Part shown: positions 30,983 to 40,471 of the stretch, piece by piece
Position numbering within the stretch: the first letter of the stretch is position 1
Layout of the letters: each line of letters opens with the position of its first letter
DNA from: Candidatus Levyibacteriota bacterium
Lineage (GTDB): Bacteria; Patescibacteriota; Microgenomatia; Levybacterales; UBA12049
DNA length: 64,000 nucleotides
Reading direction: 5' to 3'
NCBI GenBank assembly: GCA_963716145.1
Contig: OY970292.1
Location: forward strand, 822,528 to 886,527
Made by a program: the position numbers and the translations under genes
Notes under the pieces: generated by a model
Seen by the model: only the letters and a program-made list of their open reading frames with translations
What the model was told of the DNA's origin: nothing
The model's database searches: none

Positions 30983-31396
30983 ATGTTAATACCAAGAAGA
31001 CAAAAATACAGAAAACAGCAAAGAGGAAGCATGAAGGGGAACGCTAACCGCGGAATCAAGATTTCCTTTGGAGATTTCGGTTTGCAGACTTTGGAAATGG
31101 CTTGGATATCAGCACGTCAAATTGAAGCAGCCAGACGGGCAATTACCCACTATACCCAAAGAGGCGGACGTATCTGGATCAGAATTTTCCCTGACAAACC
31201 GATCAGTAAAAAACCGGCTGAGGTTAGAATGGGCGGAGGAAAAGGAGATACTCATGAATATGTTGCGCCGGTACGCCCAGGGCGAATCCTGTTTGAAATC
31301 GCAGGAGTAACACAGGAGGCAGCAAAAGAAGCACTGCGTTTGGCAGCTCACAAATTACCGGTTAAAACAAGATTTGTTTCAAAATCGGACAACTAA
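30983..31396 (+). CDS. rplP: 50S ribosomal protein L16
   Basis: 137 aa; [15 protein letters not shown]... typical uL16. Confidence 0.9.
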   Translation: MLIPRRQKYRKQQRGSMKGNANRGIKISFGDFGLQTLEMAWISARQIEAARRAITHYTQRGGRIWIRIFPDKPISKKPAEVRMGGGKGDTHEYVAPVRPGRILFEIAGVTQEAAKEALRLAAHKLPVKTRFVSKSDN

Positions 31397-31399
31397 TAT

Positions 31400-31722
31400 A
31401 TGAAATTAAATATAAAAAAGAATTACACGCAAAATCTATAGCAGAGCTTAGTAAGCAGCTTAAAGAAGCACGCAGCGAGCAGCGCGTTTTAAAGCTTGAT
31501 AAAGAAATGGGAAAGCTCAAAAACACCAGCTCTCTTACGAGTAAAAGAGGAGAAATAGCTGTGATCAATACGATTATTAATGAGAAGTTGGCTGAAGCAA
31601 GAATTGTAGAAGTGGCTAAAGCAGATGATAAAAAAGAGGTTTCAGTAAAAGTTAAACCTGCTATTGAGGCTAAAGTGAGCAAGAAGGTTAAGGCTGTTAA
31701 AAAAGGAGGTAAAAGTGAGTAA
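31400..31722 (+). CDS. rpmC: 50S ribosomal protein L29 with Lys/Ala-rich C-terminal extension; frameshift in an A-run near 31415
   Basis: MKLNIKK then (frame +1) ELHAKSIAELSKQLKEARSEQRVLKLDKEMGKLKN... uL29 core; extension ...[24 protein letters not shown]. Confidence 0.7.
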
Positions 31723-31960
31723 AGTATTAACAGGAAAAGTGGTATCAGTCAAAATGCAGGATACAGTACTTGTTGAGGTGGTTAGAAGAACCCCTCACAA
31801 GCTCTATGGAAAGCTAATGAGAAGAAGTAAAAAATTTAAAGTGGCGGTTAATGGACAAAGTGTAGTTGTGGGTAGCCAGGTGAAAATTGAGGAAACAAAG
31901 CCAATGTCCAAAGATAAGCACTTTAAAGTGATTGAGATAATTAAGGAGCAAAAAGTATGA
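31715..31960 (+). CDS. rpsQ: 30S ribosomal protein S17
   Basis: 81 aa; [29 protein letters not shown] typical uS17. Confidence 0.9.
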   Translation: MSKVLTGKVVSVKMQDTVLVEVVRRTPHKLYGKLMRRSKKFKVAVNGQSVVVGSQVKIEETKPMSKDKHFKVIEIIKEQKV

Positions 31961-32331
31961 TTCAGCAGAAAACTATTTTAGTTGCAGCAGATAATTCAGG
32001 CGCAAAGCAGCTGATTGTCATTCATATGTATGGTGGTTCAAAAAGAAAATTTGCCCGAATTGGGGACGTCATCCACTGTGTTGTAAAAGAAGCTGCGCCA
32101 AATGGGCAGGTTAAGGATAGTGAGATGGTAAAGGCAGTAGTTGTCAGAACCAGGAAAGAGTTTAGGCGCTCGGATGGTTCATATATCCGTTTTTCAGATA
32201 ATGCGGCGGTTGTTATTGATAATCCAAAAGATAAAAATGTAAGGGGAACAAGAATTTTTGGACCGATTGCAAGAGAAGTAAAAGACCGAGGATTTGCGAA
32301 AATTGCCAGTATGGCAACGGAGGTACTGTAA
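31957..32331 (+). CDS. rplN: 50S ribosomal protein L14
   Basis: 124 aa; [17 protein letters not shown]... Confidence 0.95.
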   Translation: MIQQKTILVAADNSGAKQLIVIHMYGGSKRKFARIGDVIHCVVKEAAPNGQVKDSEMVKAVVVRTRKEFRRSDGSYIRFSDNAAVVIDNPKDKNVRGTRIFGPIAREVKDRGFAKIASMATEVL

Positions 32332-32332
32332 T

Positions 32333-32638
32333 ATGAAATTAATAAAAGGAGATTTAGTAAAAGTAACTAAAGGAAAAGACAGCGGTAAAACCGGAAAAGT
32401 CGAGCGGGTTTATGTCCTAACGAGTAAAGTCCTTGTTGAAGGAGTGAATCAATACAAAAGACATATTAAAGCAAAAACTCAAGGTCAGAAGTCAGAAATT
32501 GTTACTATCACCAAGCCTTTACCAGTTAGTAATGTTGCGCTGCTTTGTCCCAAATGTAAAAAGCAGACAAGAATTGGATACAAGATCCTAAAAGACGGCA
32601 AAGTGAGAATATGCAAGAAATGTAAAGCTCAAATATGA
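32333..32638 (+). CDS. rplX: 50S ribosomal protein L24 (KOW) with C-terminal CxxC...CxxC zinc-ribbon-like motif
   Basis: MKLIKGDLVKVTKGKDSGKTGKVERV... KOW domain; C-terminus LLCPKCKKQTRIGYKILKDGKVRICKKCKAQI. Confidence 0.85.
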   Translation: MKLIKGDLVKVTKGKDSGKTGKVERVYVLTSKVLVEGVNQYKRHIKAKTQGQKSEIVTITKPLPVSNVALLCPKCKKQTRIGYKILKDGKVRICKKCKAQI

Positions 32639-33189
32639 CAGATTTACAAAAAAAATATAAAGAGGAAATGATTCCGGAGTTACAAAAAAAGCTCAGTCTC
32701 AAGAACCCGATGAGTGTGCCAAGAATTGCAAAAATTGTTGTCAACATGGGTGTTAAAGACGCTGTGGCGGACAAAAAAAACATTGAAAAAATGGCCGCAA
32801 TTATGTCCCAAATTACCGGACAGAAAGCAAAAGTAACCAAAGCAAAAAAGGCAATCGCGACTTTTAAGCTTAGAATTGGGGATCCAATCGGACTGGTTGT
32901 TACCTTACGCGGTGCTAGGATGTATGATTTTTTTGATAAAATTGTCAAGGTTGTTCTTCCTCGTATTAAGGATTTTAGAGGAGTTAAGAGGACGAGTTTT
33001 GACAAAACAGGAAATTACACATTGGGTCTTTACGAATACTCGGTTTTTCCTGAGATTGATCCGGGAAGCGTTGAGAAGCTTCAGGGGATGGAAATTGTAA
33101 TCGTAACTAGTGCTAAAACCAATCAAGAATCACTTGCTCTTCTTGAGCAAATGGGAATGCCGTTTACGAAGGAAGCTGCTAAGCAGTAA
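32635..33189 (+). CDS. rplE: 50S ribosomal protein L5
   Basis: 184 aa; typical uL5. Confidence 0.95.
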   Translation: MTDLQKKYKEEMIPELQKKLSLKNPMSVPRIAKIVVNMGVKDAVADKKNIEKMAAIMSQITGQKAKVTKAKKAIATFKLRIGDPIGLVVTLRGARMYDFFDKIVKVVLPRIKDFRGVKRTSFDKTGNYTLGLYEYSVFPEIDPGSVEKLQGMEIVIVTSAKTNQESLALLEQMGMPFTKEAAKQ

Positions 33190-33338
33190 AATGAGCGTAA
33201 ATGTGGTATAATTCATGCGTAGAATTTTTAATTTGAAATTTTCAATTTTCATTGAAATCCAAAATGTTTAAAAATTTAAATTTAAAACATTAAATATTCA
33301 TTTCAAATTTTAAATTAAAAATTAAATCTTAATAAATT

Positions 33339-33524
33339 ATGGCTAAATTATCAAATGTAGTTCAAGCAAAGAAAAAGCAAAAATTCACGACTCGTGTGGT
33401 AAACAGGTGCGCAATTTGCGGCCGTTACAGGGGATACTTCCGCAGATTTGGATTATGCAGGATTTGTTTTAGAGAGAGGGCTTTGAAAGGAGAATTACCG
33501 GGTGTTCTTAAAGCAAGCTGGTAG
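33339..33524 (+). CDS. rpsN: 30S ribosomal protein S14 type Z (zinc-binding)
   Basis: 61 aa; [23 protein letters not shown]. Confidence 0.9.
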   Translation: MAKLSNVVQAKKKQKFTTRVVNRCAICGRYRGYFRRFGLCRICFRERALKGELPGVLKASW

Positions 33525-33539
33525 TTATAAATAAATATT

Positions 33540-33920
33540 ATGTATCACGATTTTGTTATTCAATTAAAAAATGCGGCAATGGCCCGAAAAAAAGATATCA
33601 CAGTGCCTTACGCTAATTTAAATAAAGCGATTGCCAAGGCATTGATAAAAGAAGGATTTCTGGAAACGGCCAAAGAAGAGACGGTTGATGGGAAAAAATT
33701 ACTCAGTATTCGTCTTCGTTATCAGAGTAGAAAGCCCGCGATTACTGATCTTGTTCTTATTTCAAAACCGTCACTTCGCAAATATGTAGGCGCTGCGGAG
33801 ATTGGAAGAATTCAGGGCAGGGCATCAACAGCAATAATTTCAACAAACATAGGTGTACTATCGGGGAAGGAGGCAATCAAAAAAGGAGCAGGAGGCGAGC
33901 TTCTTTTTAAGATTTGGTAA
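33540..33920 (+). CDS. rpsH: 30S ribosomal protein S8
   Basis: 126 aa; typical uS8. Confidence 0.9.
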   Translation: MYHDFVIQLKNAAMARKKDITVPYANLNKAIAKALIKEGFLETAKEETVDGKKLLSIRLRYQSRKPAITDLVLISKPSLRKYVGAAEIGRIQGRASTAIISTNIGVLSGKEAIKKGAGGELLFKIW

Positions 33921-33924
33921 AAAT

Positions 33925-34479
33925 ATGTCAAAAATAGGTAAATTACCAATTACTATTGTACAAGGGGTTAGTCTTACGGTTGAGGATAAAGCTGTTCAGG
34001 TTACAGGTCCTAAAGGAATGGCAACTGTAAACAAGCCTGAAGGAATAGCAGTTAATATAAATGAGACAACTGTTATAGTTTCTGCCAAAGAGCAAAATGA
34101 CAAAAAAATAAGATCACTGTTTGGAATGTTTCGGGCCAATCTTGCAAATGCTATGAAAGGTGTTGACTCAGGATTTGAAAAAAAGCTTGAAATGGCAGGA
34201 GTTGGTTACAGGTCTCAAATGCAAGGAGAAGATTTGGTTTTGTCAGTTGGATTTTCACACCCTGTGAAATTTAGCCCAAAAGATGGGATCAAGCTGGGAG
34301 TTGCCGATAACGTCATATCTGTCTCAGGAATGGATAAGGCAATGGTTGGTGAGATGGCAGCTGAAATACGCGCAGTACGTCCGCCTGAACCATACAAAGG
34401 AAAGGGTATTAAATATCAGGGAGAATACGTAAGGAGAAAAGCTGGTAAAGCAGCAAAAGCTGCAGGAGCAACAAAATAA
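33925..34479 (+). CDS. rplF: 50S ribosomal protein L6
   Basis: MSKIGKLPITIVQGVSLTVEDKAVQVTGPKG... Confidence 0.9.
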   Translation: MSKIGKLPITIVQGVSLTVEDKAVQVTGPKGMATVNKPEGIAVNINETTVIVSAKEQNDKKIRSLFGMFRANLANAMKGVDSGFEKKLEMAGVGYRSQMQGEDLVLSVGFSHPVKFSPKDGIKLGVADNVISVSGMDKAMVGEMAAEIRAVRPPEPYKGKGIKYQGEYVRRKAGKAAKAAGATK

Positions 34480-34481
34480 TT

Positions 34482-34823
34482 ATGAATAATACAGATAAAA
34501 AATTTCAAAGACAGACAAGGATTAGGGGGAAAATCAGTATTGTTACGATGCGTCCAAGATTGTCAGTTTTCCGCTCAAACAATTATTGCTACGCGCAAAT
34601 AATTGACAAAGCAGGAAACACGCTTTTTGGGCTATCTGATAAAGGTATGGCAAAAGAAAAAACAACACCTATTGAGAAGGCAAAGCTATTGGGGTTGGAA
34701 ATAGCAAAAATGGCAAAAGATAAAAAGATAAAAGAGGTGGTTTTTGATAAGGGACGTTTTTCTTACCACGGACGTGTTAAGGCAGTAGCCGAGGGAGCAC
34801 GGGAAGGAGGGTTACAATTCTAA
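34482..34823 (+). CDS. rplR: 50S ribosomal protein L18
   Basis: 113 aa; ...RPRLSVFRSNNYCYAQIID... Confidence 0.9.
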   Translation: MNNTDKKFQRQTRIRGKISIVTMRPRLSVFRSNNYCYAQIIDKAGNTLFGLSDKGMAKEKTTPIEKAKLLGLEIAKMAKDKKIKEVVFDKGRFSYHGRVKAVAEGAREGGLQF

Positions 34824-35329
34824 TGAGACAACGATCTATGAACAGAATGCCCAATCAGCAAAGCGAGTTTGAGGAGCAAATTGTACAAATTAATAGGGTA
34901 TCTAAAAAAACAAAAGGTGGAAATAAGGTAGGCTTTTCAGCCCTTACTGTAGTAGGTGACCGAAAAGGAAAAGTCGGAGTTGGACTTGGCAAGGCGCCCG
35001 ACGTCGCCTCAGCAATCAGAAAGGGTATAAGTTATGCCAAAAAACATTTGGTTGAGGCACCGCTTGTAAATGGAACAATTCCATTTAGAATAGATATCAA
35101 ACTTGGCGCTGCAAGAATTATGCTCAAGCCTGCTCCTCACGGATCAGGTGTTATTGCAGGCGGTGCTGTCAGAAGTGTTGTAACGGCTGCGGGAATTGAG
35201 AACATCTCTTCAAAAGTTTTGGGTACAAGAAACAAAATAAGCAATATTTACGCAACTCTTGAAGCATTAAGAAGACTTAGTGAGCGCGGGACAAAGCAAA
35301 AAGATAGAAAATCCGCGATGAAGGGATAA
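34823..35329 (+). CDS. rpsE: 30S ribosomal protein S5
   Basis: 168 aa; dsRBD plus S5 C-terminal domain pattern. Confidence 0.9.
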   Translation: MRQRSMNRMPNQQSEFEEQIVQINRVSKKTKGGNKVGFSALTVVGDRKGKVGVGLGKAPDVASAIRKGISYAKKHLVEAPLVNGTIPFRIDIKLGAARIMLKPAPHGSGVIAGGAVRSVVTAAGIENISSKVLGTRNKISNIYATLEALRRLSERGTKQKDRKSAMKG

Positions 35330-35383
35330 CCCGTTCGGGACATTCGGCTGAGCTCAGTCGAAGTCCGGGCTCAGGATAAAAAT

Positions 35384-35821
35384 ATGAATTTAAGCAATCT
35401 TGAAAAAATAAAAGACAAAAAGAAAAAGCGAATCGGTCTTGGGCATGGATCGGGACGTGGAAAAACTGCAGGACGTGGGACAAAAGGTCAGAAAGCAAGA
35501 GGAGATGTGCCCTTGGATTTTGAAGGGGGAGCGCTTCCTCTTATCAAAAGACTTCCATTTTTGCGCGGAAAAGGAAAAAATAAATCATTTAAAAAAACAC
35601 CACTTGTTATTAATGTCAGTCTTTTAAGCAATTTTCCCAAGAACTCAGTTGTGGATATTGAGAGTCTGGTAAAACATAAACTGGTAAAGCAAGACAGTGT
35701 AAAGACAAATGGTGTTAAAATATTAGGTGATGGAGATTTGAGCGTCGCACTTACCGTTAAAGTTCCGGCGTCAAAAGGAGCAACTGAAAAAATCAAAAAA
35801 GCGGGCGGATCAGTAATTTAA
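35384..35821 (+). CDS. rplO: 50S ribosomal protein L15 (follows rpsE directly; no L30 gene)
   Basis: 145 aa; [23 protein letters not shown]. Confidence 0.9.
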   Translation: MNLSNLEKIKDKKKKRIGLGHGSGRGKTAGRGTKGQKARGDVPLDFEGGALPLIKRLPFLRGKGKNKSFKKTPLVINVSLLSNFPKNSVVDIESLVKHKLVKQDSVKTNGVKILGDGDLSVALTVKVPASKGATEKIKKAGGSVI

Positions 35822-37110
35822 TGGACAGTTTTATAAAAACTCTTCAAAGCAGCTTTAAGTCACCTGAGGTAAGAAAAAAAATCCTTTTCACTCTTGGGAT
35901 CTTCTTAGTATTTAGATTTTTAGCACACGTTCCTGTGGCCGGAGTCAACGTGGCACAGCTTAAAAATCTTTTTGCGGGCAATCAATTTTTGGGGCTTTTA
36001 GATATATTTTCAGGCGGAACCCTTGGTAACTTTTCAATAATGGCACTTGGTTTAAATCCGTATATCAACGCTTCAATCATACTCCAACTGCTGACAATGG
36101 TATTCCCAAAACTTGAAGAACTCTCAAAAGAAGGCGCATCAGGACAGCGCAAGATCAATCAGTACACCAGGTTTTTGACAATTCCGCTTGCGTCTTTGCA
36201 GGCAATTGGTATGTACGCACTCTTAAGAAGTCAGGGAATTATCGCAACACTGTCTCCTATTGCAACTATTTCATTCATCGTTACAATGGTAGCCGGTACT
36301 ATGTTTCTGGTTTGGCTTGGGGAACTTATTACCGAGCGCGGAGTGGGAAATGGTATTTCTCTTATGATTTTTGCCGGAATTGTAGGCCGCTTTCCTGTGC
36401 TCTTGGGGCAAACCCTTTCAACTGCCACACCTGAGTCGACCTCTAATATTATAACCTTTCTTGTGCTTGGGTTGGTAGTTATAGCGGCAGTAATTGTCAT
36501 GACTGAGGCAACGCGTCAGGTCACAGTTTTTTATGCCAAAAGAGTACGGGGAAATAAGATGCAAGGGGGAGAGTCAACTCATCTGCCGCTTCGCTTAAAT
36601 CAAGCAGGAGTAATTCCGATCATTTTTGCAGTCTCCATTGTACTTCTACCCTCCCTTCTTGCTAATTTTTTTCAAGCTTCAAAAAACCCTGTACTTTCAG
36701 GTTTTGCGCAAAACGTAAGTATTTGGTTTGCTCCGTCCAGTATTGCCTACAATTTGTTATATTTTCTTTTGGTTGTTGGGTTCACTTTTTTCTATACGGC
36801 AATTGTTTTTAACCCCAAAAAGATTTCAGAGGAAATACAAAAACACGGCGGTTTTATACCAGGAATCAGGCCCGGTACGCCCACTACCAAATACCTCAAT
36901 TATATTTTAACCAGAATTACGCTGGTTGGCGCCAGCTTTTTGGGACTCGTCGCGATATTGCCTGAATTGGCGCGTGTTATAACCGGTGTTCAGACGCTTC
37001 TTCTTGGAGGAACAAGTATTTTGATTGTTGTCAGTGTTGTTCTTGAGACTTTTAAAAAAATTGAGGCAAACCTTGTAATGCGTAATTACGAAAGTTTCCT
37101 TAACAAATAA
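35821..37110 (+). CDS. secY: preprotein translocase subunit SecY
   Basis: 429 aa, 10 TM helices, typical N-terminus. Confidence 0.95.
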   Translation: MDSFIKTLQSSFKSPEVRKKILFTLGIFLVFRFLAHVPVAGVNVAQLKNLFAGNQFLGLLDIFSGGTLGNFSIMALGLNPYINASIILQLLTMVFPKLEELSKEGASGQRKINQYTRFLTIPLASLQAIGMYALLRSQGIIATLSPIATISFIVTMVAGTMFLVWLGELITERGVGNGISLMIFAGIVGRFPVLLGQTLSTATPESTSNIITFLVLGLVVIAAVIVMTEATRQVTVFYAKRVRGNKMQGGESTHLPLRLNQAGVIPIIFAVSIVLLPSLLANFFQASKNPVLSGFAQNVSIWFAPSSIAYNLLYFLLVVGFTFFYTAIVFNPKKISEEIQKHGGFIPGIRPGTPTTKYLNYILTRITLVGASFLGLVAILPELARVITGVQTLLLGGTSILIVVSVVLETFKKIEANLVMRNYESFLNK

Positions 37111-37134
37111 TCCTTCGACAAGCTCAGGATAAAT

Positions 37135-37683
37135 ATGAAGATAATTTTATTAGGTGTACAGGGATCCGGTAAATCAACTCAAGGAAATCTTCTTTCAACT
37201 TTTTTTAATGTTCCCTATCTTTCAACCGGCCAAATTTTTCGCCAACTTGCAAAAGAAGATACCTCAATAGGACGTGAGATAAAAGAGCTAATGACTAAAG
37301 GCTACCTTATTCCTGATGACAAAACACTTGAAATAGTCACAGATTATTTAACACGCCTTGCGTATCAAAAGGGATTTATTCTTGATGGTTATCCGCGCAA
37401 TCTTGCACAGGCAGAATCATTTCCAACAGCAATTGATAAAGTCGTGTACATAAATGTTTCTGATAAAGAAGCAAGACGGAGAATTGAAGGAAGAAATGTT
37501 GATAAAGCCCAAGTGCGCCCGGATGATACACCAGAGGCAATTACAAGAAGGATTGATATTTTTCATAAATCTACAAAACCGCTTCTGGAATACTACAAAA
37601 ATAAAGGAATGTTAATTGAGGTAAACGGAGAACAAGAGGTTTCGGAAATTCACAAAGAGATAATTGATAAACTTAAAAAATAA
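37135..37683 (+). CDS. adk: adenylate kinase (short form)
   Basis: 182 aa; MKIILLGVQGSGKSTQG P-loop. Confidence 0.9.
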   Translation: MKIILLGVQGSGKSTQGNLLSTFFNVPYLSTGQIFRQLAKEDTSIGREIKELMTKGYLIPDDKTLEIVTDYLTRLAYQKGFILDGYPRNLAQAESFPTAIDKVVYINVSDKEARRRIEGRNVDKAQVRPDDTPEAITRRIDIFHKSTKPLLEYYKNKGMLIEVNGEQEVSEIHKEIIDKLKK

Positions 37684-38387
37684 TGTCAAAAGGATTTGTA
37701 ATCGCAATAGATGGACCGGTTGCCTCAGGTAAGGGAACAATTGCTCAAAAACTCGCAAAAGAATTAAGCGGGTTTTATCTTTACACAGGAGCAATGTATA
37801 GGTGTATTGCTCTTTTGGTTATTGAAAGAGGACTTAACTTAGAAAATGAGCAGGAAGTTGAATCTGTTTTGCCAGAGCTAAATATTGAATTTGTTGAGGA
37901 TGCGATTTTATTAAACGGCAAAGATGTAACTGAGAGAATAAAAAATTCTGATACCGCAAGCGGTGCATCAAAAGTCGGGGTTTTTCCAAATGTCAGACAA
38001 TTTGTTGATAAAAACCTTAGAATTATAGCGGAAAAGATAAGTTCAGAAGGTAAAATAGTTGTATCTGAGGGAAGAGATACAGCTACAACGATATTTCCAA
38101 ATGCTCCAATTAAAATATATTTAACAGCAAGGGATGAGATTAGAGCAATGCGTCGGATGGAGCAGTTTGTAAATCAGGAAAAAAATCTTGATCAAGAACT
38201 TGAAAGATTAAAAACTAGGGATAAAAGAGATACGGAGAGAGAAGCCAGTCCTCTACCAAGTAATCCTGAAAGTCTTGGATATTTTGTTTTGGATAACTCG
38301 GATCTGAGTGAGGAACAAACACTGGACGTGATAAATAAAGAGTTGGTAAATAAAGGATTGATAGATCCTGAATCGAGTTCAGGATGA
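37683..38387 (+). CDS. cmk: cytidylate kinase
   Basis: 234 aa; IAIDGPVASGKGT. Confidence 0.85.
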   Translation: MSKGFVIAIDGPVASGKGTIAQKLAKELSGFYLYTGAMYRCIALLVIERGLNLENEQEVESVLPELNIEFVEDAILLNGKDVTERIKNSDTASGASKVGVFPNVRQFVDKNLRIIAEKISSEGKIVVSEGRDTATTIFPNAPIKIYLTARDEIRAMRRMEQFVNQEKNLDQELERLKTRDKRDTEREASPLPSNPESLGYFVLDNSDLSEEQTLDVINKELVNKGLIDPESSSG

Positions 38388-38396
38388 CATAAATAT

Positions 38397-39185
38397 ATGA
38401 TTAATATTAAAACAAACCAAGAAGTAGAAATAATGCAAATAGGCGGGCGGATTTTGGCTGAGACGCTGTCTGAAGTTATGGATTCAATAAAATCGGGCGT
38501 TACCGAGTTGGAACTTGATCAGTTAGCCGAGAAGTTAATAAGGGAAAAAGGTGGAGAACCAGGGTTTAAAAAAGTAAAAGGATATCATCACACAATTTGT
38601 ATGTCTACAAATGATGCAGTTGTTCATGGAATTCCAGGGAGCTATGAGTTTAAAGAAGGAGATGTTGTAGGGGTTGACTGTGGCGTTTTTTATAAGGGAT
38701 TTCATACGGATATGGCAGAAACTAAAATAGTTCAAAGTTCATCCATTCGGCAAGCTCAGGACGCGAAGTTCAAAGTTCAAAGTTCGGTTGAAAAGTTTTT
38801 GGAAGTTGGGAAACAAGCATTGGAAGAAGGTATTAAGCAAGCTGTTGTTGGTAATAGGGTTGGGCATATTTCAAAAACAATTCAGGATATTGTTGAAAAA
38901 GAGGCTGGATATTCAGTTGTCAGAAGTTTAATAGGGCACGGTGTTGGGCGGGAACTTCATGAAGAACCGGAAGTGCCAGGATATTTGGTGGGTAAAATTG
39001 AGAAAACACCGTTCTTGAGAGAAGGTATGACAATTGCTATCGAAGTGATTTATAACATGGGTTCAAAAGATGTTGTTTTGGATCATGACGGCTGGACAAT
39101 TCGCTCAAAAGACGGCAGTCTGGCGGGATTATTTGAGCGGTCAATCGCCATCACACAATCAGGTCCAATTGTATTAACAAGCTGA
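38397..39185 (+). CDS. map: methionine aminopeptidase type I, carrying a 15-codon in-frame insertion (38743-38787)
   Basis: 262 aa; metal ligands D..D..H..E..E in order (VDCGVFYKGFHTD, GHGVGRELHEEP, IAIEV). Confidence 0.9.
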   Translation: MINIKTNQEVEIMQIGGRILAETLSEVMDSIKSGVTELELDQLAEKLIREKGGEPGFKKVKGYHHTICMSTNDAVVHGIPGSYEFKEGDVVGVDCGVFYKGFHTDMAETKIVQSSSIRQAQDAKFKVQSSVEKFLEVGKQALEEGIKQAVVGNRVGHISKTIQDIVEKEAGYSVVRSLIGHGVGRELHEEPEVPGYLVGKIEKTPFLREGMTIAIEVIYNMGSKDVVLDHDGWTIRSKDGSLAGLFERSIAITQSGPIVLTS

Positions 39186-39205
39186 TTGCGCTTTTGAGCC
39201 TGATT

Positions 39206-39214
39206 TGGTATAAT
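39206..39214 (+). promoter_or_regulatory. extended -10 element TGgTATAAT upstream of infA
   Basis: tttggtataataactg, 45 nt before infA ATG. Confidence 0.35.
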
Positions 39215-39258
39215 AACTGAACGGTCCTCGGGGCAATCCCTGGGACTTGTATTTAATT

Positions 39259-39477
39259 ATGGCTCATCAAGGGTCTTTTGAAACAGATGGGGAAGTTGTC
39301 GAAGCGCTGCCAAACACCTTATTTCGCGTAAAGCTTGAAGATGGATCTCTGGTACTTTGTCATCTATCCGGAAAGATGCGGATGCATTTTATAAAAATTT
39401 TACCGGGCGACAGAGTAAAAATAGAAATGACTCCGTATGACCAGACACGGGGGCGGATCATGTTCCGGTATAGATAA
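39259..39477 (+). CDS. infA: translation initiation factor IF-1
   Basis: [41 protein letters not shown]...; track start 39247 is a TTG. Confidence 0.9.
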   Translation: MAHQGSFETDGEVVEALPNTLFRVKLEDGSLVLCHLSGKMRMHFIKILPGDRVKIEMTPYDQTRGRIMFRYR

Positions 39478-39505
39478 ATAGTTACAAGTTATAACTATCA
39501 AACCT

Positions 39506-39619
39506 ATGAAAGTACAAGCAAGTGTAAAAAAAAGATGTATAAAATGTAAAATAATTAAACGCTCGGGCGTGGTGCGTGTGACTTGTGAGAATCCGAGACA
39601 CAAGCAAAGACAAGGATAA
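39506..39619 (+). CDS. rpmJ: 50S ribosomal protein L36 (not in ORF track, 37 aa)
   Basis: [37 protein letters not shown]. Confidence 0.85.
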   Translation: MKVQASVKKRCIKCKIIKRSGVVRVTCENPRHKQRQG

Positions 39620-39622
39620 TAT

Positions 39623-40030
39623 ATGCGTATTTCAAGTGTTACAATACCGGACAATAAAAGAGTTGATATTGCATTGACTTATATCTATGGAATAGGCCGA
39701 AGCAATGTTTCCCTTGTCCTAAAAAATTCTAAAATTGAGGCTTCCAAAAAAGCAAAAGATCTAACGGAAGAAGAAATAAAGCGGATCACAAAAATTCTGG
39801 AAACGTACAAAATCGAGGGAGATTTAAGAGCAGATGTGGCTTCAGACATAAGACGTCTTAAAGAGTCAGGTAGTTATCGAGGAATCCGTCACACCAGAGG
39901 TTTGCCATCCCGCGGACAGCGTACCCGCTCAAATGCCAGAACTAAAAGAGGTAAGAGAGTAACAATCGGAGCGATTAAAAAAGAAGTTGCAGCAAAGATG
40001 GATGTAGCAGCAAAAGCAAAGGGAAAATAA
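39623..40030 (+). CDS. rpsM: 30S ribosomal protein S13
   Basis: 135 aa typical uS13. Confidence 0.9.
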   Translation: MRISSVTIPDNKRVDIALTYIYGIGRSNVSLVLKNSKIEASKKAKDLTEEEIKRITKILETYKIEGDLRADVASDIRRLKESGSYRGIRHTRGLPSRGQRTRSNARTKRGKRVTIGAIKKEVAAKMDVAAKAKGK

Positions 40031-40033
40031 ACT

Positions 40034-40468
40034 ATGGCAAAAAAAGACACAAAAATAGTTAAAGAAAAAGAGAAAAAAACTAAAGTCAAAGTTGGCGCAG
40101 CGCGCAAAAAGGTAAATAACGTTACCGACCGCGGACGTGTTTATGTAACCTCTACATTTAACAACACGCTTGTAACTGTCACAAATGACAAAGGTGACAC
40201 TCTCGGTTGGAGTTCGGCAGGCGCCAGGGGATTTAAAGGAACACGTAAATCAACTCCATATGCAGCAAGTCTGGCAGTTGAGGATGTAGTAAAGCGGATT
40301 GTTGAAAAAGGCTTGAAGTCAGTTGATATTTTTATCAAAGGGCCGGGTAATGGACGTGATAGTTCTCTCCGGGGCATCAGAACTTCAGGAGTTCTAATAA
40401 ATTCAATATCTGATATAACGCCAATGCCGCATAACGGACCAAGAGCGAAGAAAAAGAGGAGAGTTTAA
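40034..40468 (+). CDS. rpsK: 30S ribosomal protein S11
   Basis: 144 aa typical uS11. Confidence 0.9.
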   Translation: MAKKDTKIVKEKEKKTKVKVGAARKKVNNVTDRGRVYVTSTFNNTLVTVTNDKGDTLGWSSAGARGFKGTRKSTPYAASLAVEDVVKRIVEKGLKSVDIFIKGPGNGRDSSLRGIRTSGVLINSISDITPMPHNGPRAKKKRRV

Positions 40469-40471
40469 AAT

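Noticed and set aside
24895-31722. Apparent pseudogenisation of tuf, rpsJ, rplB, rpsS, rplV, rpsC, rpmC
   Set aside because: All are essential. Breaks are single-nt indels in short homopolymers, and both sides of each break encode canonical protein sequence. This is best explained by assembly or sequencing error
35345-35378. Resemblance of cgaagtccgggctcagga to the RNase P RNA P4 consensus (GGAAAGUCCGGGCUC)
   Set aside because: Only 54 nt lie between rpsE and rplO, too short for RNase P RNA. It is better explained as a copy of the recurring TTCGRC…GCTCAGGA motif
39247-39258. infA start at 39247
   Set aside because: Codon is TTG. The ATG at 39259 gives the canonical IF-1 N-terminus (MAHQG…EVVEALPN)
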